42,712 nt of DNA. Source: Candidatus Fermentibacterota bacterium. Lineage in GTDB: Bacteria > JAFGKV01. This document shows, one piece after another, positions 38,887-42,712 of this stretch (its first letter is position 1; each line of letters opens with the position of its first letter). Below the pieces are notes generated by a model. It was not told the DNA's origin. It saw nothing but the letters and a program-made list of their open reading frames with translations, and ran no database searches. The DNA lies in the NCBI GenBank assembly GCA_016928395.1, contig JAFGKV010000276.1:1-42712 (forward strand), in the 5' to 3' direction. The translations under genes and the position numbers were made by a program.

Positions 38887-39540
38887 CTAAAAGAGCCGCC
38901 CGAGACCCAGCTGGACCGCGCAGTTGTGTGCGGCCCAACTTCCGTATCCCTCCACATCCAGGGTGCGTCTCACCGCGTGAATGATGAGTTCACCAAACCA
39001 GAACTTGTCAGGCCCGATACCACCCTGCAGGCCTGCGGCGGCGCTGACTCCCACGCTTCGCCGGAAGTCGATGTTCTCGTCGGGATACGCCGAAGGGTCG
39101 CCGCGCAGCTTCGCGGAACCAGAGTAGACCCCGACACCGGCGCGAAGGTAGGGAAAGAATGAACCCCGGCCGAAATCGTACCGTGCGACGGCCGAGATCG
39201 CATTTTGCGAGACCGTCGTCTCACCCGCGCTCTCATTGGAGAGCCGGTAGTCCCACGTGAATGGCATCAGCGACAGCCGCAGTTCGACGCCCAAGGAGAG
39301 GCGGCCCACCACCGGTACCGTGCCGACCAGGCCGATCGGCACTTCCTTGCCATGGGCAGTCGTACCCAAAAAGCGCATGAACTCGTCGTCGAAGAAGGAG
39401 ATGCCATATCCGGCCATGAGTGCGACCTGGGGTCCCGCAGAGGCCGAAGGCGTCGATCCGAGGAAGCCCAGAAGCGCCAGGGCGACCAGGAACTGACGGG
39501 CATGGGAGCGGGCTCGGGTGACAGGCCGGATTCGAACCAT
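38887..39540 (-). CDS. Outer-membrane beta-barrel protein (8-strand type)
   Basis: Signal peptide, amphipathic strands, PYLRAGVG, terminal Phe. Confidence 0.75.
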   Translation of the reverse strand: MVRIRPVTRARSHARQFLVALALLGFLGSTPSASAGPQVALMAGYGISFFDDEFMRFLGTTAHGKEVPIGLVGTVPVVGRLSLGVELRLSLMPFTWDYRLSNESAGETTVSQNAISAVARYDFGRGSFFPYLRAGVGVYSGSAKLRGDPSAYPDENIDFRRSVGVSAAAGLQGGIGPDKFWFGELIIHAVRRTLDVEGYGSWAAHNCAVQLGLGRLF

Positions 39541-39607
39541 CAGGCGGGACGACCTCAGGCTGTGAGCGTACTCGATTCGGGTTGCTTCCGGATCAGACCA
39601 AGAAGGA

Positions 39608-39643
39608 GAACGGGGGCCGGGGATTCACCCGCGGCCCCCGTTT
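39608..39643 (-). terminator. Intrinsic terminator after the OMP gene
   Basis: AACGGGGGCCG / CGGCCCCCGTT stem followed on the minus strand by a pyrimidine-rich run. Confidence 0.7.
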
Positions 39644-39655
39644 CACACAGCGCAG

Positions 39656-40246
39656 CTAGAACTTCATCCCTGCACCCAGGTGCAGGGCCCAGTTGTTGGC
39701 GCCGAAGCTCTCGGAACCCGCAACATCGGCCTCACGGCTGACGATGTGGTACACGAACTCCAGCATCCAGATCTTGGTCTCGCCGAAGTCGGCCGTCAAG
39801 CCACCGCCGACATTGAAGCCGAAGGCGTTCTTGTAGTCGACATCTGAGTCAAGCAAGCCGGAGTTCTCCTCAGCTTCGAACTCACCATTCCCCATGTAGA
39901 GGCCCGCTCCGCCTCGAACGTGCGGACGAAGCGATCCTTGGCCCATCTCGAATCGAGCCAGACCGCCGAGGATCATCTGGTTGATCTTGGTCTCTCCAAC
40001 CTTCGTTCCTGCGTACTCGTACTCCCAGGTGAACGGCACCACGGCATAGTTGACTTCCGCGCCGACTGAGAGGCCCGGGCTCATCTCCACCATGATCTCG
40101 GCGCCGACCGGGATATAGCCGGCTGCGTCATCTTGATCCTCGAACGCCGACTGGCCATAGCCAACGAACCCGAGCAGGGTTGTCTGGGCGGAGGCGCCGA
40201 CAGCAATCACCGCGAGAGCAAGGAGAGTGATGAACATCTTCATCAT
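39656..40246 (-). CDS. Outer-membrane beta-barrel protein (paralog of 38887-39540)
   Basis: Signal peptide ..ASA/Q, PHVRGGAG, FGFNVGGG, terminal Phe; GGAGG SD. Confidence 0.82.
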   Translation of the reverse strand: MMKMFITLLALAVIAVGASAQTTLLGFVGYGQSAFEDQDDAAGYIPVGAEIMVEMSPGLSVGAEVNYAVVPFTWEYEYAGTKVGETKINQMILGGLARFEMGQGSLRPHVRGGAGLYMGNGEFEAEENSGLLDSDVDYKNAFGFNVGGGLTADFGETKIWMLEFVYHIVSREADVAGSESFGANNWALHLGAGMKF

Positions 40247-40329
40247 GTTCTTCCTCCTCTGAAGATATGGACACGCGGGTGGGCGACCCCGTCAAGGGTG
40301 TCCGCAGCTTGACGAGGCGAATTCGTGAG

Positions 40330-40358
40330 ATCTTAACGCACGATGGTTCAAAAGGCAA
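40330..40358 (-). promoter_or_regulatory. Sigma70-type promoter of the OMP gene
   Basis: TTGCCT - 17 nt - TAAGAT on the minus strand. Confidence 0.55.
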
Positions 40359-40683
40359 ATACGGGCATGAGGGCGCCTGCGCACGGTGTCAGGATTCACG
40401 GGTCGGGGCGTTTGGGAAGAAAACCGGCCATGGAATGCCCAGCACGGGATCCGGTGGGAGGGGTGGGGGCTTTCGGGTAGCCTGGAATGACAACCCGGCC
40501 GGAGCAAAGAAAGTAGGAACTCGGTGTGCCTCAGTGTCTTTGGCCCCGGCAAGGGCATAGGGGCCAACACCACGAGGTCATGGCGTGCCTGTTCGCAGTC
40601 ATGCTGAACCGGGCGCACCCAGGGCACACGCCCGGGCGTTTCGACACGCCCGGACGTCTACCTGGTGAAGACCGAGGTGCTCT

Positions 40684-41178
40684 CTAGCGGACTGCCACCG
40701 CCACCTTGACCGGCGAGGCGCCCTTCTTGCTGAACCAGGTAACCTGCTCTTCCACCATGTCCCACACGAGATAGTATGTTCCCGGGGTCGCAGGGGCGTT
40801 CACGCGAGCCTTGAAGAAGGCCATCTGGCCCGCAGGTACGTCCTTCTGTGGCCTGGCCCGCCCCCCCAGCTTCTCGATCTCATTCCCCTTCTCGTCTTGC
40901 CACCGGTACCCGAGCTTGAAAGGCCCATCCTTTGGCCAGTCGCACGAAGATGTGTTCTTGAGCTTGAGCAGCACCACGGTGACCGAGTCCGCCATCATGG
41001 AGGGCGGTGTATCGTGCTCAAGGATGTCGAACGCAAACCTGGGCTGAGGGGCCCCACGCGGAGCGGGAGTGGATGGTGCAGCCGGAGTCCGCGGTGTGGG
41101 CGTAGCCGTGTCGTGGGGGGGCTTCGGCGCGCATGCCACCATAACGGCGAAGGCGAGTATGGCACAGAATCTTGACAC
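40684..41178 (-). CDS. Lipoprotein with Pro-rich linker and NBR1-type Ig-like domain
   Basis: Lipobox VAC; LKNT...W, LGYRW, V.APATPGTY.L.WDMV.E..WF. Confidence 0.75.
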   Translation of the reverse strand: MSRFCAILAFAVMVACAPKPPHDTATPTPRTPAAPSTPAPRGAPQPRFAFDILEHDTPPSMMADSVTVVLLKLKNTSSCDWPKDGPFKLGYRWQDEKGNEIEKLGGRARPQKDVPAGQMAFFKARVNAPATPGTYYLVWDMVEEQVTWFSKKGASPVKVAVAVR

Positions 41179-41316
41179 TGGAGGGCTCCCTTCTCTTCAG
41201 GATAGGATGGAAATGCAGTTACATGGACTTGGAGGGGCTGGTGAAGAAGCACAATCGCTCCAGCAATCTACAAGTGAGGCTCCCCCGCGGCAAGCCGATG
41301 CGCAGCAGCGAGGATG

Positions 41317-42477
41317 CTACCACGTCAAGGACAGCAGATCAAGATAGAGCGAGACGATGTTCGCGGTGCGCTGGTTCATGGAGGCGATGATGCACGCGTC
41401 TCGTGACGGCACGTAGGCCATGACCGAGACGAAGCCCAGCGATTGGCCGAAGTGCCCGTATCCTACGACACCGTCTCCGGTGATGATTGTGGCCAGACCG
41501 AGGCCATAGCCCCCGGGGCTTTTCATCTCCTCCAGCGTCGAGGTGTTCTGGAATAGCCGGCCACCCATGAGGGCATCCATGAATTCGTGGAGGTTTCCCA
41601 CGGTACCGACGAGCCCCGATGAGGCCCATTCGAAGCTGTAGTCATAGGAGGAGACATCGGAGGCGCCATCGTAACCCGCAGCCAGGGGAGGCGGGATGGC
41701 TTCATACTCGGCGAGAAAGGTGCTGCTGAGGCTGAGCGGAATCAGAATCCGATCGCGAACGAGGTGGTGATATGCTCGACCGTCTATCTGCTCAGCGATC
41801 TTGCCCAGCATGATGTAGTTTGTGTTCGAGTAGCCATATTCGTCCGGAGGCAGTACATCAGGCACGAAGTAGGGCTGACCGCTGTTGATGGCATAGCGGA
41901 CCAAATCCAGAGGCTGCCATCGTCGTGTCGGATCCGCCCGCAGCAACTCGTAGAACTCCTCGTCCGCGTAGTCATATACACCGCTCCGATGGGAAAGGAG
42001 CATTCGGATGGTGATCCGATGGCCATACGACTGGCCGTCGAGTATCACGAGACTGTCTATGATGCCGCGCTCGAAGAAGGGAACGATTGTCTCGTCGAGC
42101 CCGAGGCGGCCTTCTTCGGCCATTTGGAGGATCACCGTCGCGGTGAACAGCTTGGTGAGGCTTGCGATGCGCACCTTGACGAAGGGATTCATGATCTCGC
42201 CGGACAGGCTGGCGTAGCCGCTGCCGCCACTCCATACGTCATCGCCCCGGGATACCAAAGCCACCGCCCCTGGAATTGTAGAGTCGGCCGTATACCAGTC
42301 GATGGCTGACTGGAAATCCGAGATGGGCGGGTCCGTGGTATCCGAGATGGTACATCCGCTTTGGCCGAGGATCAAGAGCGCGGCGGTGAGGCGCACCCCC
42401 GCCGTGAGCACTCGACGCTCGCACCTCGGAGGGCGGACGGTGCGGGCAGTCGGCAGGGACAAGGCGCTCAATGCCAC
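41317..42477 (-). CDS. Serine hydrolase, beta-lactamase/D-Ala-D-Ala peptidase family
   Basis: IASLTK (SxxK), LLSHRSG, YSNTNY (YxN), GHFG. Start uncertain. Confidence 0.88.
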   Translation of the reverse strand: MALSALSLPTARTVRPPRCERRVLTAGVRLTAALLILGQSGCTISDTTDPPISDFQSAIDWYTADSTIPGAVALVSRGDDVWSGGSGYASLSGEIMNPFVKVRIASLTKLFTATVILQMAEEGRLGLDETIVPFFERGIIDSLVILDGQSYGHRITIRMLLSHRSGVYDYADEEFYELLRADPTRRWQPLDLVRYAINSGQPYFVPDVLPPDEYGYSNTNYIMLGKIAEQIDGRAYHHLVRDRILIPLSLSSTFLAEYEAIPPPLAAGYDGASDVSSYDYSFEWASSGLVGTVGNLHEFMDALMGGRLFQNTSTLEEMKSPGGYGLGLATIITGDGVVGYGHFGQSLGFVSVMAYVPSRDACIIASMNQRTANIVSLYLDLLSLTW

Positions 42478-42712
42478 GGGCCAAACGATCCCGCCACCAG
42501 GTCTCGGTCGAACCCTGGCGCTGTGGTGTTCTCTCGCGCATACGCATACACCGTAGCCTGGAACACGCTCTGCAGAGCTGACATGACCAGACTCAATGCC
42601 ACCAGATAGGCGGCGGCGATCACCCCTAGCGTCAGGCCGTACGCCCGCGTACCCGACGACGATGTGACGCCCATGAAGATGAGGAGGATCCCCGGTATGC
42701 TCAACAGGAACC
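42468..42712 (-). CDS. 3' end of a membrane protein (DUF6159-like), truncated by the window
   Basis: Hydrophobic helices then SALQSVFQATVYAYA..G. Confidence 0.55.
   Translation of the reverse strand, partial: FLLSIPGILLIFMGVTSSSGTRAYGLTLGVIAAAYLVALSLVMSALQSVFQATVYAYARENTTAPGFDRDLVAGSFGPWH

Overview
GC-rich (~64%) chromosomal window from a diderm bacterium. BamD, OMP beta-barrels, DUF1844, a PorX-like REC-PglZ regulator and a bL38-like protein suggest an FCB-superphylum relative (inference). Most genes are housekeeping or envelope functions: qng1-like, rsgA, rnz, bamD, uvrC, ogt, serS, rimI, accD, GT-C glycosyltransferase, sulfatase-like protein and OMPs. There is also an AC-STAND-TPR signalling protein, a hemerythrin, and decayed IS3 and RAYT remnants with REP-like repeats at the left end. 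The standout is a translationally coupled three-gene minus-strand operon (15560->11573). It encodes a DUF2207-like membrane protein whose predicted cytoplasmic C-terminus is nine tandem A-C-(H/V)-x units, then an RRE-fused radical SAM/SPASM maturase, then a membrane protein. This looks like a RiPP-like system whose substrate is the tail of a membrane protein. Just upstream on the same strand is a second unit (stand-alone PqqD/RRE, radical SAM/SPASM, tRNA-binding protein, rhomboid protease) with no visible precursor. Other notable items are a uORF/alternative-hairpin attenuator before rsgA, a 6S-like structured RNA at 1-220, a perfect 34-bp palindrome and a Zn-ribbon bL38-like protein. All family calls come from motif recognition; no database searches were run.
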